Below are positions 27,901-41,800 of a DNA stretch of 64,000 nt, in pieces (position 1 is the first letter of the stretch; each line of letters begins with the position of its first letter). Source of the stretch: the human T2T-CHM13v2.0 reference genome, Homo sapiens. The notes beneath the pieces are model-generated. The model was not told the DNA's origin. It was given only the letters and a program-made list of their open reading frames with translations, and made no database searches. Both the position numbers and the translations under genes were made by a program. The stretch lies in NCBI RefSeq assembly GCF_009914755.1, contig NC_060925.1; one strand, given 5' to 3'.

Positions 27901-30900
27901 GAACGCACACATCACAAAGGAGTTTCTGAGAATCATTCTGTCTAGTCTTTATTCGAAGATATTTCCTTTTCTACCATTGACCTCAAAGCGGCTGAAATCT
28001 CCACTTGCAAATTCCACAAAAAGAGTGTTTCAAGTCTGCTCTGTGTAAAGGATCGTTCAACTCTGTGAGTTGAATACACACAACACAAGGAAGTTACTGA
28101 GAATTCTTCTGTCTAGCAGAATATGAAGAAATCCCGTTTCCAACGAAGGCCTCAAGGAGGTCTGAATATCCACTTGCAGACTTTACAAACAGAGTGTTTC
28201 CTAACTGCTCTATGAACAGAAAGGTTAAACTCTGTGAGTTGAACGCACACATCACAAAGGACTTTCTGAGAATCATTCTGTCTAGTCTTTATACGAAGAT
28301 ATTTACTTTTCTACCATTGACCTCAAAGCGGCTGAAATCTCCACTTGCAAATTCCACAAAAAGAGTGTTTCAAGTCTGCTCTGTGTAAAGGATCATTCAA
28401 CTCTGTGAGTTGAATAAACACAACACAAGGAAGTTACTGAGAATTCTTCTGTCTAGCAGAATATGAAGAAATCCCGTTTCCAACGAAGGCCTCAAGGAGG
28501 TCTGAATATCCACTTGCAGACTTTACAAACAGAGTGTTTCCTAACTGCTCTATGAAAAGAAAGGTTAAACTCTGTGAGTTGAACGCACACATCACAAAGG
28601 AGTTCATGAGAATCATTTTGTCTAGGTTCTATAAGAAGATATTTCCTATTCTACCATTGACCTCAAAGCGGCTGAAATCTCCACTTGCAAATTCGACAAA
28701 AAGAGTGTTTCAAGCCTGCTCTCTGTAAAGGATCCTTCAACTCTGTGAGTTGAATACACACAACACAAGGAAGTTACTGAGAATTATTCTGTCTAGCATA
28801 AAATGAAGAAATCCCGTTTCCAACGAAGGCCTCAAAGAGGTCTGAATATCCACTTGCACACTTTACAAACAGAGTGTTTCCTAACTGCTCTATGAGAAGA
28901 AAAGTTAAACTCTGTGAGTTGAACGCACACATCACAAAAGATTTTCTGAGAATCATTCTGTCTAGTCTTTATATGAAGAAAGTTTCCTTTTCTACCATTG
29001 ACCTCAAAGCGGCTGAAATCTCCACTTGCAAATTCCACAAAAAGAGTGTTTCAAGTCTGCTCTGTGTAAAGGATCGTTCAACTCTGTGAGTTGAATACAC
29101 ACAACACAAGGAAGTTACTGAGAATTCTTCTGTCTAGCAGAATATGAAGAAATCCCGTTTCCAACGAAGGCCACAAGATGTCAGAATATCCACTTACAGA
29201 CTTTACAAACAGAGTGTTTCCTAACTGCTCTATGAACAGAAAGGTTAAACTCTGTGAGTTGAACGAACACATCACAACGCAGTTTGTGGGAATGATTCTG
29301 TCTAGTTTTGAAACGAAGATATTTCCTTTTCTGCCGTTGACCTTAAAGCGCTTGAAATCTACACTTGCAAACTGCACAAATAGAGTGTTTCTAATCTGCT
29401 CTGTCTAAGGGAACGTTCAACTCTGTGAGTTGAATGCACACAACACAAGGAAGTTACTGGGAATTCTTCTGTCTAGCCTTACATGAAAAAAACCCGTTTC
29501 CAACGAAGGCCTCTAAGTGGTCAAAATTTCCACGTGCAGACTTTACAAACAGAGTGTTTCCAAACCGCTGAATGAAAAGAAAAGTTAAACTCTGAGAGTT
29601 GAACGCACACATCACGCAGCAGTTTCTGAGAATGATTCTGTCTAGTTTTTATACGAAGATATTTCCTTTTCTGCCTTTGGCCCCAAAGCGCTTGAAATCT
29701 CCACTTGCAAATTCCACAAAAACAGTGTTTCAAATCTGCTCTCTCTAAATGAAAGTTCAACTCTGTCAGTTGAATACACACAACACAAGGAAGTTACTGA
29801 GAATTCTTCTGTCTAGCATAATATGAAGAAATCCCGTTTCCAACGAAGGCCTCAAAGGGGTCTGAATATCCACTTGCAGACTTTATAAACAGAGTGTTTA
29901 CTAACTGCTCTATGAAAAGAAAGGTTAAACTCTGTGAGTTGAACACACACATCACAAAGGAGTTTCTGAGAATCATTCTGTCTAGTTTTTCTACGAAGAT
30001 ATTTCCTTTTCTACTATTGACCTCAAAGCGGCTGAAATCTCCACTTGCAAATTCCACAAAAAGAGTGTTTCAAGTCTGCTCTGTGTAAAGGATCGTTCAA
30101 CTCTGTGAGTTGAATACACACAACACAAGGAAGTTACTGAGAATTCTTCTGTCTAGCAGAATAGGAAGAAATCCCGTTTCCAACGAAGGCCTCAAAGAGG
30201 TCTGAATATCCACTTGCAGACTTTACAAACAGAGTGTTTCCTAACGGCTCTATGAAAAGAAAAGTTAAACTCTGTGAGTTGAACGCACACATCACAAAGG
30301 AGTTTCTGAGAATCGTTCTGTCTAGTTTCTATAGGAAGATATTTCCTATTCTACCATTGACCTCAAAGCGGCTGAAATCTCCAGTTGCAAATTCCACAAA
30401 AAGAATGTTTCAAGTCTGCTCTGTGTAAAGGATCGTTCAACTCTGTGAGTTGAATACACACAACACAAGGAAGTTACTGAGAATTCTTCTGTCTAGCAGA
30501 ATATGAAGAAATCCCGTTTCCAACGAAGGCCTCAAAGAGGTCTGAATATCCACTTGCAGACTTTACAAACAGAGTGTTTCCTAACTGCTCTATGAAAAGA
30601 AAAGTTAAACTCTGTGAGTTGAACGCACACATCACAAAGGAGTTTGTGAGAATCATTCTGTCTAGTCTTTATACGAAGATATTTCCTTTTCTACTATTGA
30701 CCTCAAAGCGGCTGAAATCTCCACTTGCAAATTCCACAAAAAGAGTGTTTCAAATCTGCTCTGTGTAAAGGATCGTTCAACTCTGTGAGTTGAATACACA
30801 CAACACAAGGAAGTTACTGAGAATTCTTCTGTCTAGCAGAATATGAAGAAATCCCGTTTCCAACGAAGGCCTCAAGGAGGTCTGAATATCCACTTGCAGA

Positions 30901-31797
30901 CTTTACAAACAGAGTGTTTCCTAACTGCTCTATGAACAGAAAGGTTAAACTCTGTGAGTTGAACGCACACATCACAAAGGAGTTTCTGAGAATCATTCTG
31001 TCTAGTCTTTATACGAAGATATTTACTTTTCTACCATTGACCTCAAAGCGGCTGAAATCTCCACTTGCAAATTCCGCAAAAAGAGTGTTTCAAGTCTGCT
31101 CTGTGTAAATGATCATTCAACTCTGTGAGTTGAATAAACACAACACAAGGAAGTTACTGAGAATTCTTCTGTCTAGCAGAATATGAAGAAATCCCGTTTC
31201 CAACGAAGGCCTCAAGGAGGTCTGAATATCCACTTGCAGACTTTACAAACAGAGTGTTTCCTAACTGCTCTATGAACAGAAAGGTTAAACTCTGTGAGTT
31301 GAACGCACACATCACAAAGGAGTTTATGAGAATCATTCTGTCTAGTTTCTATAAGAAGATATTTCCTATTCTACCATTGACCTCAAAGCGGCTGAAATCT
31401 CCACTTGCAAATTCGACAAAAAGAGTGTTTCAAGCCTGCTCTCTGTAAAGGATCCTTCAACTCTGTGAGTTGGATACACACAACACAAGGAAGTTACTGA
31501 GAATTATTCTGTCTGGCATAATATGAAGAAATCCCGTTTCCAACGAAGGCCTCAAAGAGGTCTGAATATCCACTTGCAGACTTTACAAACAGAGTGTTTC
31601 CTAACTGCTCTATGAGAAGAAAAGTTAAACTCTGTGAGTTGAACGCACACATCACAAAAGATTTTCTGAGAATCATTCTGTCTAGTCTTTATATGAAGAT
31701 AGTTTCCTTTTCTACCATTGACCTCAAAGCGGCTGAAATCTCCACTTGCAAATTCCACAAAAAGAGTGTTTCAAGTCTGCTCTGTGTAAAGGATCGT
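21940..31797 (-). repeat. HOR units 16-10-16-16
   Basis: Anchors 21940, 24659, 26359, 29078 and 31798 (spacings 2719, 1700, 2719, 2720). Confidence 0.9.
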
Positions 31798-34700
31798 TCA
31801 ACTCTGTGAGTTGAATACACACAACACAAGGAAGTTACTGAGAATTCTTCTGTCTAGCAGAATATGAAGAAATCCCGTTTCCAACGAAGGCCACAAGATG
31901 TCAGAATATCCACTTACAGACTTTACAAACAGAGTGTTTCCTAACTGCTCTATGAACAGAAAGGTTAAACTCTGTGAGTTGAACGAACACATCACAACGC
32001 AGTTTGTGGGAATGATTCTGTCTAGTTTTGAAAGGAAGATATTTCCTTTTCAGCCGTTGACCTTAAAGCGCTTGAAATCTACACTTGCAAATTGCACAAA
32101 TAGGCTGTTTCAAATCTGCTCTGTCTAAGGGAACGTTCAACTCTGTGAGTTGAATGCACACAACACAAGGAAGTTAGTGGGAATTCTTCTGTCTAGCCTT
32201 ACATGAAAAAAACCCGTTTCCAACGAAGGCCTCTAAGTGGTCAAAATATCCACGTGCAGACTTTACAAACAGAGTGTTTCCAAACCGCTGAATGAAAAGA
32301 AAAGTTAAACTCTGAGAGTTGAACGCACACATCACGCAGCAGTTTCTGAGAATGATTCTGTCTAGTTTTTATACGAAGATATTTCCTTTTCTGCCTTTGG
32401 CCCCAAAGCGCTTGAAATCTCCACTTGCAAATTCCACAAAAACAGTGTTTCAAATCTGCTCTCTCTAAATGAAAGTTCAACTCTGTCAGTTGAATACACA
32501 CAACACAAGGAAGTTACTGAGAATTCTTCTGTCTAGCATAATATGAAGAAATCCCGTTTCCAACGAAGGCCTCAAAGGGGTCTGAATATCCACTTGCAGA
32601 CTTTATAAACAGAGTGTTTACTAACTGCTCTATGAAAAGAAAGGTTAAACTCTGTGAGTTGAACACACACATCACAAAGGAGTTTCTGAGAATCATTCTG
32701 TCTAGTTTTTCTACGAAGATATTTCCTTTTCTACTATTGACCTCAAAGCGGCTGAAATCTACACTTGCAAATTCCACAAAAAGAGTGTTTCAAGTCTGCT
32801 CTGTGTAAAGGATCCTTCAACTCTGTGAGTTGAATACACACAACACAAGGAAGTTACTGAGAATTCTTCTGTCTAGCAGAATATGAAGAAATCCCGTTTC
32901 CAACGAAGGCATCAAGGAGGTCTGAATATCCACTTGCAGACTTTACAAACAGAGTGTTTCCTAACTGCTCTATGAACAGAAAGGTTAAACTCTGTGAGTT
33001 GAACGCACACATCACAAAGGAGTTTCTGAGAATCATTCTGTCTAGTCTTTATACGAAGATATTTCCTATTCTACCATTGACCTCAAAGCGGCTGAAATCT
33101 CCACTTGCAAATTCCACAAAAAGAGTGTTTCAAGTCTGCTCTGTGTAAAGGATCATTCAACTCTGTGAGTTGAATAAACACAACACAAGGAAGTTACTGA
33201 GAATTCTTCTGTCTAGCAGAATATGAAGAAATCCCGTTTCCAACGAAGGCCTCAAGGTGGTCTGAATATCCACTTGCAGACTTTTCAAACAGAGTGTTTC
33301 CTAACTGCTCTATGAAAAGAAAGGTTAAACTCTGTGAGTTGAACGCACACATCACAAAGGAGTTTATGAGAATCATTCTGTCTAGTTTCTATAAGAAGAT
33401 ATTTCCTATTCTACCATTGACCTCAAAGCGGCTGAAATCTCCACTTGCAAATTCGACAAAAAGAGTGTTTCAAGCCTGCTCTCTGTAAAGGATCCTTCAA
33501 CTCTGTGAGTTGAATACACACAACACAAGGAAGTTACTGAGAATTATTCTGTCTAGCAAAATATGAAGAAATCCCGTTTCCAACGAAGGCCTCAAAGAGG
33601 TCTGAATATCCACTTGCAGACTTTACAAACAGAGTGTTTCCTAACTGCTCTATGAGAAGAAAAGTTAAACTCTGTGAGTTGAACGCACACATCACAAAAG
33701 ATTTTCTGAGAATCATTCTGTCTAGTCTTTATATGAAGATAGTTTCCTTTTCTACCATTGACCTCAAAGCGGCTGAAATCTCCACTTGCAAATTCCACAA
33801 AAAGAGTGTTTCAAGTCTGCTCTGTGTAAAGGATCGTTCAACTCTGTGAGTTGAATACACACAACACAAGGAAGTTACTGAGAATTCTTCTGTCTAGCAG
33901 AATATGAAGAAATCCCGTTTCCAACGAAGGCCACAAGATGTCAAAATATCCACTTACAGACTTTACAAACAGAGTGTTTCCTAACTGCTCTATGAACAGA
34001 AAGGTTAAACTCTGTGAGTTGAACGAACACATCACAACGCAGTTTGTGGGAATGATTCTGTCTAGTTTTGAAAGGAAGATATTTCAGTTTCAGCCGTTGA
34101 CCTTAAAGCGCTTGAAATCTACACTTGCAAATTGCACAAATAGGCTGTTTCAAATCTGCTCTGTCTAAGGGAACGTTCAACTCTGTGAGTTGAATGCACA
34201 CAACACAAGGAAGTTACTGGGAATTCTTCTGTCTAGCCTTACATGAAAAAAACCCGTTTCCAACGAAGGCCTCTAAGTGGTCAAAATATCCACGTGCAGA
34301 CTTTACAAACAGAGTGTTTCCAAACCGCTGAATGAAAAGAAAAGTTAAACTCTGAGAGTTGAACGCACACATCACGCAGCAGTTTCTGAGAATGATTCTG
34401 TCTAGTTTTTATACGAAGATATTTCCTTTTCTGCCTTTGGCCCCAAAGCGCTTGAAATCTCCACTTGCAAATTCCACAAAAACAGTGTTTCAAATCTGCT
34501 CTCTCTAAATGAAAGTTCAACTCTGTCAGTTGAATACACACAACACAAGGAAGTTACTGAGAATTCTTCTGTCTAGCATAATATGAAGAAATCCCGTTTC
34601 AAACGAAGGCCTCAAAGGGGTCTGAATATCCACTTGCAGACTTTATAAACAGAGTGTTTACTAACTGCTCTATGAAAAGAAAGGTTAAACTCTGTGAGTT

Positions 34701-35877
34701 GAACACACACATCACAAAGGAGTTTCTGAGAATCATTCTGTCTAGTTTTTCTACGAAGATATTTCCTTTTCTACTATTGACCTCAAAGCGGCTGAAATCT
34801 ACACTTGCAAATTCCACAAAAAGAGTGTTTCAAGTCTGCTCTGTGTAAAGGATCGTTCAACTCTGTGAGTTGAATACACACAACACAACGAAGTTGCTGA
34901 GAATTCTTCTGTCTAGCAGAATATGAAGAAATCCCGTTTCCAACGAAGGCCTCAAGGAGGTCTGAATATCCACTTGCAGACTTTACAAACAGAGTGTTTC
35001 CTAACTGCTCTATGAACAGAAAGGTTAAACTCTGTGAGTTGAACGCACACAACACAAAGGAGTTTCTGAGAATCATTCTGTCTAGTCTTTATACGAAGAT
35101 ATTTCCTATTCTACCATTGACCTCAAAGCGGCTGAAATCTCCACTTGCAAATTCCACAAAAAGAGTGTTTCAAGTCTGCTCTGTGTAAAGGATCATTCAA
35201 CTCTGTGAGTTGAATAAACACAACACAAGGAAGTTACTGAGAATTCTTCTGTCTAGCAGAATATGAAGAAATCCCGTTTCCAACGAAGGCCTCAAGGAGG
35301 TCTGAATATCCACTTGCAGACTTTTCAAACAGAGTGTTTCCTAACTGCTCTATGAAAAGAAAGGTTAAACTCTGTGAGTTGAACGCACACATCACAAAGG
35401 AGTTTTTGAGAATCATTCTGTCTAGTTTCTATAAGAAGATATTTCCTATTCTACCTTTGACCTCAAAGCGGCTGAAATCTCCACTTGCAAATTCGACAAA
35501 AAGAGTGTTTCAAGCCTGCTCTCTGTAAAGGATCCTTCAACTCTGTGAGTTGAATACACACAACACAAGGAAGTTACTGAGAATTATTCTGTCTAGCAAA
35601 ATATGAAGAAATCCCGTTTCCAACGAAGGCCTCAAAGAGGTCTGAATATCCACTTGCAGACTTTACAAACAGAGTGTTTCCTAACTGCTCTATGAGAAGA
35701 AAAGTTAAACTCTGTGAGTTGAACGCACACATCACAAAAGATTTTCTGAGAATCATTCTGTCTAGTCTTTATATGAAGATAGTTTCCTTTTCTACCATTG
35801 ACCTCAAAGCGGCTGAAATCTCCACTTGCAAATTCCACAAAAAGAGTGTTTCAAGTCTGCTCTGTGTAAAGGATCGT
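31798..35877 (-). repeat. Tandem pair of 12-mers (A-B-C-F-G-H; 2040 bp each)
   Basis: Private variants are shared at offset 2040: AAAGGAAGAT/CAGCCG/TAGGCTG (32031-32107 vs 34071-34147), ATCTACAC in C (32760/34800), CTTTTCAAAC (33281/35321) and CTAGCAAAAT (33553/35593). Confidence 0.9.
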
Positions 35878-38800
35878 TCAACTCTGTGAGTTGAATACAC
35901 ACAACACAAGGAAGTTACTGAGAATTCTTCTGTCTAGCAGAATAGGAAGAAATCCCGTTTCCAACGAAGGCCACAAGATGTCAGAATATCCACTTACAGA
36001 CTTTACAAACAGAGTGTTTCCTAACTGCTCTATGAACAGAAAGGTTAAACTCTGTGAGTTGAACGAACACATCACAACGCAGTTTGTGGGAATGATTCTG
36101 TCTAGTTTTGAAACGAAGATATTTCCTTTTCTGCCGTTGACCTTAAAGCGCTTGAAATCTACACTTGCAAATTGCACAAATAGAGTGTTTCAAATCTGCT
36201 CTGTCTAAGGGAACGTTCAACTCTGTGAGTTGAATGCACACAACACAAGGAAGTTACTGGGAATTCTTCTGTCTAGCCTTACATGAAAAAACCCGTTTCC
36301 AACGAAGGCCTCTAAGTGGTCAAAATATACACGTGCAGACTTTACAAACAGAGTGTTTCCAAACCGCTGAATGAAAAGAAAAGTTAAACTCTGAGAGTTG
36401 AACGCACACATCACGCAGCAGTTTCTGAGAATGATTCTGTCTAGTTTTTATACGAAGATATTTCCTTTTCTGCCTTTGGCCCCAAAGCGCTTGAAATCTC
36501 CACTTGCAAATTCCACAAAAACAGTGTTTCAAATCTGCTCTCTCTAAATGAAAGTTCAACTCTGTCAGTTGAATACACACAACACAAGGAAGTTACTGAG
36601 AATTCTTCTGTCTAGCATAATATGAAGAAATCCCGTTTCCAACGAAGGCCTCAAATGGGTCTGAATATACACTTGCAGACTTTATAAACAGAGTGTTTAC
36701 TAACTGCTCTATGAAAAGAAAGGTTAAACTCTGTGAGTTGAACACACACATCACAAAGGAGTTTCTGAGAATCATTCTGTCTAGTTTTTCTACGAAGATA
36801 TTTCCTTTTCTACTATTGACCTGAAAGCGGCTGAAATCTCCACTTGCAAATTCCACAAAAAGAGTGTTTCAAGTCTGCTATGTGTAAAGGATCGTTCAAC
36901 TCTGTGAGTTGAATACACACAACACAACGAAGTTACTGAGAATTCTTCTGTCTAGCAGAATATGAAGAAATCCCGTTTCCAACGAAGGCCTCAAAGAGGT
37001 CTGAATATCCACTTGCAGACTTTACAAACAGAGTGTTTCCTAACTGCTCTATGAAAAGAAAAGTTAAACTCTGTGAGTTGAACGCACACATCACAAAGGA
37101 GTTTCTGAGAATCGTTCTGTCTAGTTTCTATAGGAAGATATTTCCTATTCTACCATTGACCTCAAAGCGGCTGAAATCTCCACTTGCAAATTCCACAAAA
37201 AGAATGTTTCAAGTCTGCTCTGTGTAAAGGATCGTTCAACTCTGTGAGTTGAATACACACAACACAAGGAAGTTACTAAGAATTATTCTGTCTAGCATAA
37301 TATGAAGAAATCCCGTTTCCAACGAAGGCCTCAAAGAGGTCTGAATATCCACTTGCAGACTTTACAAACAGAGTGTTTCCTAACTGCTCTATGAAAAGAA
37401 AAGTTAAACTCTGTGAGTTGAACGCACACATCACAAAGGAGTTTCTGAGAATCATTCTGTCTAGTCTTTATACGAAGATATTTCCTTTTCTACCATTGAC
37501 CTCAAAGCGGCTGAAATCTCCACTTGCAATATCCACAAAAAGAGTGTTTCAAGTCTGCTCTGTGTAAAGGATCGTTCAACTCTGTGAGTAGAATACACAC
37601 AACACAAGGAAGTTACTGAGAATTCTTCTGTCTAGCAGAATATGAAGAAATCCCGTTTCCAACGAAGGCCTCAAGGAGGTCTGAATATCCACTTGCAGAC
37701 TTTACAAACAGAGTGTTTCCTAACTGCTCTATGAACAGAAAGGTTAAACTCTGTGAGTTGAACGCACACATCACAAAGGAGTTTCTGAGAATCATTCTGT
37801 CTAGTCTTTATACGATGATATTTACTTTTCTACCATTGACTTCAAAGCGGCTGAAATCTCCACTTGCAAATTCCACAAAAAGAGTGTTTCAAGTCTGCTC
37901 TGTGTAAAGGATCATTCAACTCTGTGAGTTGAATAAACACAACACAAGGAAGTTACTGAGAATTCTTCTGTCTAGCAGAATATGAAGAAATCCCATTTCC
38001 AACGAAGGCCACAAGATGTCAGAATATCCACTTGCAGACTTTACAAACAGAGTGTTTCCTAACTGCTCTATGAACAGAAAGGTTAAACTCTGTGAGTTGA
38101 ACGAACACATCACAACGCAGTTTGTGGGAATGATTCTGTCTAGTTTTGAAACGAAGATATTTCCTTTTCTGCCGTTGACCTTAAAGCGCTTGAAATCTAC
38201 ACTTGCAAATTGCACAAATAGAGTGTTTCAAATCTGCTCTGTCTAAGGGAACGTTCAACTCTGTGAGTTGAATGCACACAACACAAGGAAGTTACTGGGA
38301 ATTCTTCTGTCTAGCCTTACATGAAGAAAACCCGTTTCCAACGAAGGCCTCTAAGAGGTCAAAATATCCACGTGCAGACTTTACAAAGAGAGTGTTTCCA
38401 AACCGCTGAATGAAAAGAAAAGTTAAACTCTGAGAGTTGAACGCAGACATCACGCAGCAGTTTCTGAGAATGATTCTGTCTAGTTTTTATACGAAGATAT
38501 TTCCTTTTCTGCCTTTGGCCCCAAAGCGCTTGAAATCTCCACTTGCAAATTCCACAAAAACAGTGTTTCAAATCTGCTCTCTCTAAATGAAAGTTCAACT
38601 CTGTCAGTTGAATACACACAACACAAGGAAGTTACTGAGAATTCTTCTGTCTAGCATAATATGAAGAAATCCCGTTTCCAACGAAGGCCTCAAAGGGGTC
38701 TGAATATCCACTTGCAGACTTTATAAACAGAGTGTTTACTAACTGCTCTATGAAAAGAAAGGTTAAACTCTGTGAGTTGAACACACACATCACAAAGGAG

Positions 38801-41800
38801 TTTCTGAGAATCATTCTGTCTAGTTTTTCTACGAAGATATTTCCTTTTCTACTATTGACCTCAAAGCGGCTGAAATCTCCACTTGCAAATTCCACAAAAA
38901 GAGTGTTTCAAGTCTGCTCTGTGTAAAGGATCGTTCAACTCTGTGAGTTGAATACACACAACACAAGGAAGTTACTGAGAATTCTTCTGTCTAGCAGAAT
39001 ATGAAGAAATCCCGTTTCCAACGAAGGCCTCAAGGAGGTCTGAATATCCACTTGCAGACTTTACAAACAGAGTGTTTCCTAACTGCTCTATGAACAGAAA
39101 GGTTAAACTCTGTGAGTTGAACGCACACATCACAAAGGAGTTTCTGAGAATCATTCTGTCTAGTCTTTATACGAAGATATTTACTTTTCTACCATTGACC
39201 TCAAAGCGGCTGAAATCTCCACTTGCAAATTCCACAAAAAGAGTGTTTCAAGTCTGCTCTGTGTAAAGGATCCTTCAAATCTGTGAGTTGAATACACACA
39301 ACACAAGGAAGTTACTGAGAATTCTTCTGTCTAGCAGAATATGAAGAAATCCCGTTTCCAACGAAGGCCTCAAAGAGGTCTGCATATCCACTTGCAGACT
39401 TTACAAACAGAGTGTTTCCTAACTGCTCTATGAGAAGAAAAGTTAAACTCTGTGAGTTGAACGCACACATCACAAAAGATTTTCTGAGAATCATTCTGTC
39501 TAGCCTTTATATGAAGATAGATTCCTTTTCTACCATTGACCTCAAAGCGGCTGAAATCTCCACTTGCAAATTCCACAAAAAGAGTGTTTCAAGTCTGCTC
39601 TGTGTAAAGGATCGTTCAACTCTGTGAGTTGAATACACACAACACAAGGAAGTTACTGAGAATTCTTCTGTCTAGCAGAATATGAAGAAATCCCGTTTCC
39701 AACGAAGGCCACAAGATGTCAGAATATCCACTTACAGACTTTACAAACAGAGTGTTTCCTAACTGCTCTATGAACAGAAAGGTTAAACTCTGTGAGTTGA
39801 ACGAACACATCACAACGCAGTTTGTGGGAATGATTCTGTCTAGTTTTGAAACGAAGATATTTCCTTTTCTGCCGTTGACCTTAAAGAGCTTGAAAACTAC
39901 ACTTGCAAATTGCACAAATAGAGTGTTTCAAATCTGCTCTGTCTAAGGGAACGTTCAACTCTGTGAGTTGAATGCACACAACACAAGGAAGTTACTGGGA
40001 ATTCTTCTGTCTAGCCTTACATGAAAAAAACCCGTTTCCAAAGAAGGCCTCTAAGTGGTCAAAATTTCCACGTGCAGACTTTACAAACAGAGTGTTTCCA
40101 AACCGCTGAATGAAAAGAAAAGTTAAACTCTGAGAGTTGAACGCACACATCACGCAGCAGTTTCTGAGAATGATTCTGTCTAGTTTTTATACGAAGATAT
40201 TTCCTTTTCTGCCTTTGGCCCCAAAGCGCTTGAAATCTCCACTTGCAAATTCCACAAAAACAGTGTTTCAAATCTGCTCTCTCTAAATGAAAGTTCAACT
40301 CTGTCAGTTGAATACACACAACACAAGGAAGTTACTGAGAATTCTTCTGTCTAGCATAATATAAAGAAATCCCGTTTCCAACGAAGGCCTCAAAGGGGTC
40401 TGAATATCCACTTGCAGACTTTATAAACAGAGTGTTTACTAACTGCTCTATGAAAAGAAAGGTTAAACTCTGTGAGTTGAACACACACATCACAAAGGAG
40501 TTTCTGAGAATCATTCTGTCTAGTTTTTCTACGAAGATATTTCCTTTTCTACTATTGACCTCAAAGCGGCTGAAATCTCCACTTGCAAATTCCACAAAAA
40601 GAGTGTTTCAAGTCTGCTCTGTGTAAAGGATCGTTCAACTCTGTGAGTTGAATACACACAACACAAGGAAGTTACTGAGAATTCTTCTGTCTAGCAGAAT
40701 AGGAAGAAATCCCGTTTCCAACGAAGGCCTCAAAGAGGTCTGAATATCCACTTGCAGACTTTACAAACAGAGTGTTTCCTAACTGCTCTATGAAAAGAAA
40801 GGTTAAACTCTGTGAGTTGAACGCACACATCACAAAGGAGTTTCTGAGAATCGTTCTGTCTAGTTTCTATAGGAAGATATTTCCTATTCTACCATTGACC
40901 TCAAAGCGGCTGAAATCTCCACTTGCAAATTCCACAAAAAGAATGTTTCAAGTCTGCTCTGTGTAAAGGATCGTTCAACTCTGTGAGTTGAATACACACA
41001 ACACAAGGAAGTTACTGAGAATTCTTCTGTCTAGCATAATATGAAGAAATCCCGTTTCCAACGAAGGCCTCAAAGAGGTCTGAATATCCACTTGCAGACT
41101 TTACAAACAGAGTGTTTCCTAACTGCTCTATGAAAAGAAAAGTTAAACTCTGTGAGTTGAACGCACACATCACAAAGGAGTTTCTGAGAATCATTCTGTC
41201 TAGTCTTTATACGAAGATATTTCCTTTTCTACCATTGACCTCAAAGCGGCTGAAATCTCCACTTGCAAATTCCACAAAAAGAGTGTTTCAAGTCTGCTCT
41301 GTGTAAAGGACCGTACAACTCTGTGAGTTGAATACACACAACACAAGGAAGTTACTGAGAATTCTTCTGTCTAGCAGAATATGAAGAAATCCCGTTTCCA
41401 ACGAAGGCCTCTAGGAGGTCTGAATATCCACTTGCAGACTGTATAAACAGAGTGTTTCCTAACTGCTCTATGAACAGAAAGGTTAAACTCTGTGAGTTGA
41501 ACGAACACATCACAACGCAGTTTGTGGGAATGATTCTGTCTAGTTTTGAAACGAAGAAATTTCCTTTTCTGCCATTGACCTTAAAGCGCTTGAAATCTAC
41601 ACTTGCAAATTGCACAAATAGAGTGTTTCAAATCTGCTCTGTCTAAGGGAACGTTCAACTCTGTGAGTTGAATGCACACAACACAAGGAAGTTACTGGGA
41701 ATTCTTCTGTCTAGCCTTACATGAAGAAAACCCGTTTCCAACGAAGGCCTCTAAGAGGTCAAAATATCCACGTGCAGACTTTACAAAGAGAGTGTTTCCA

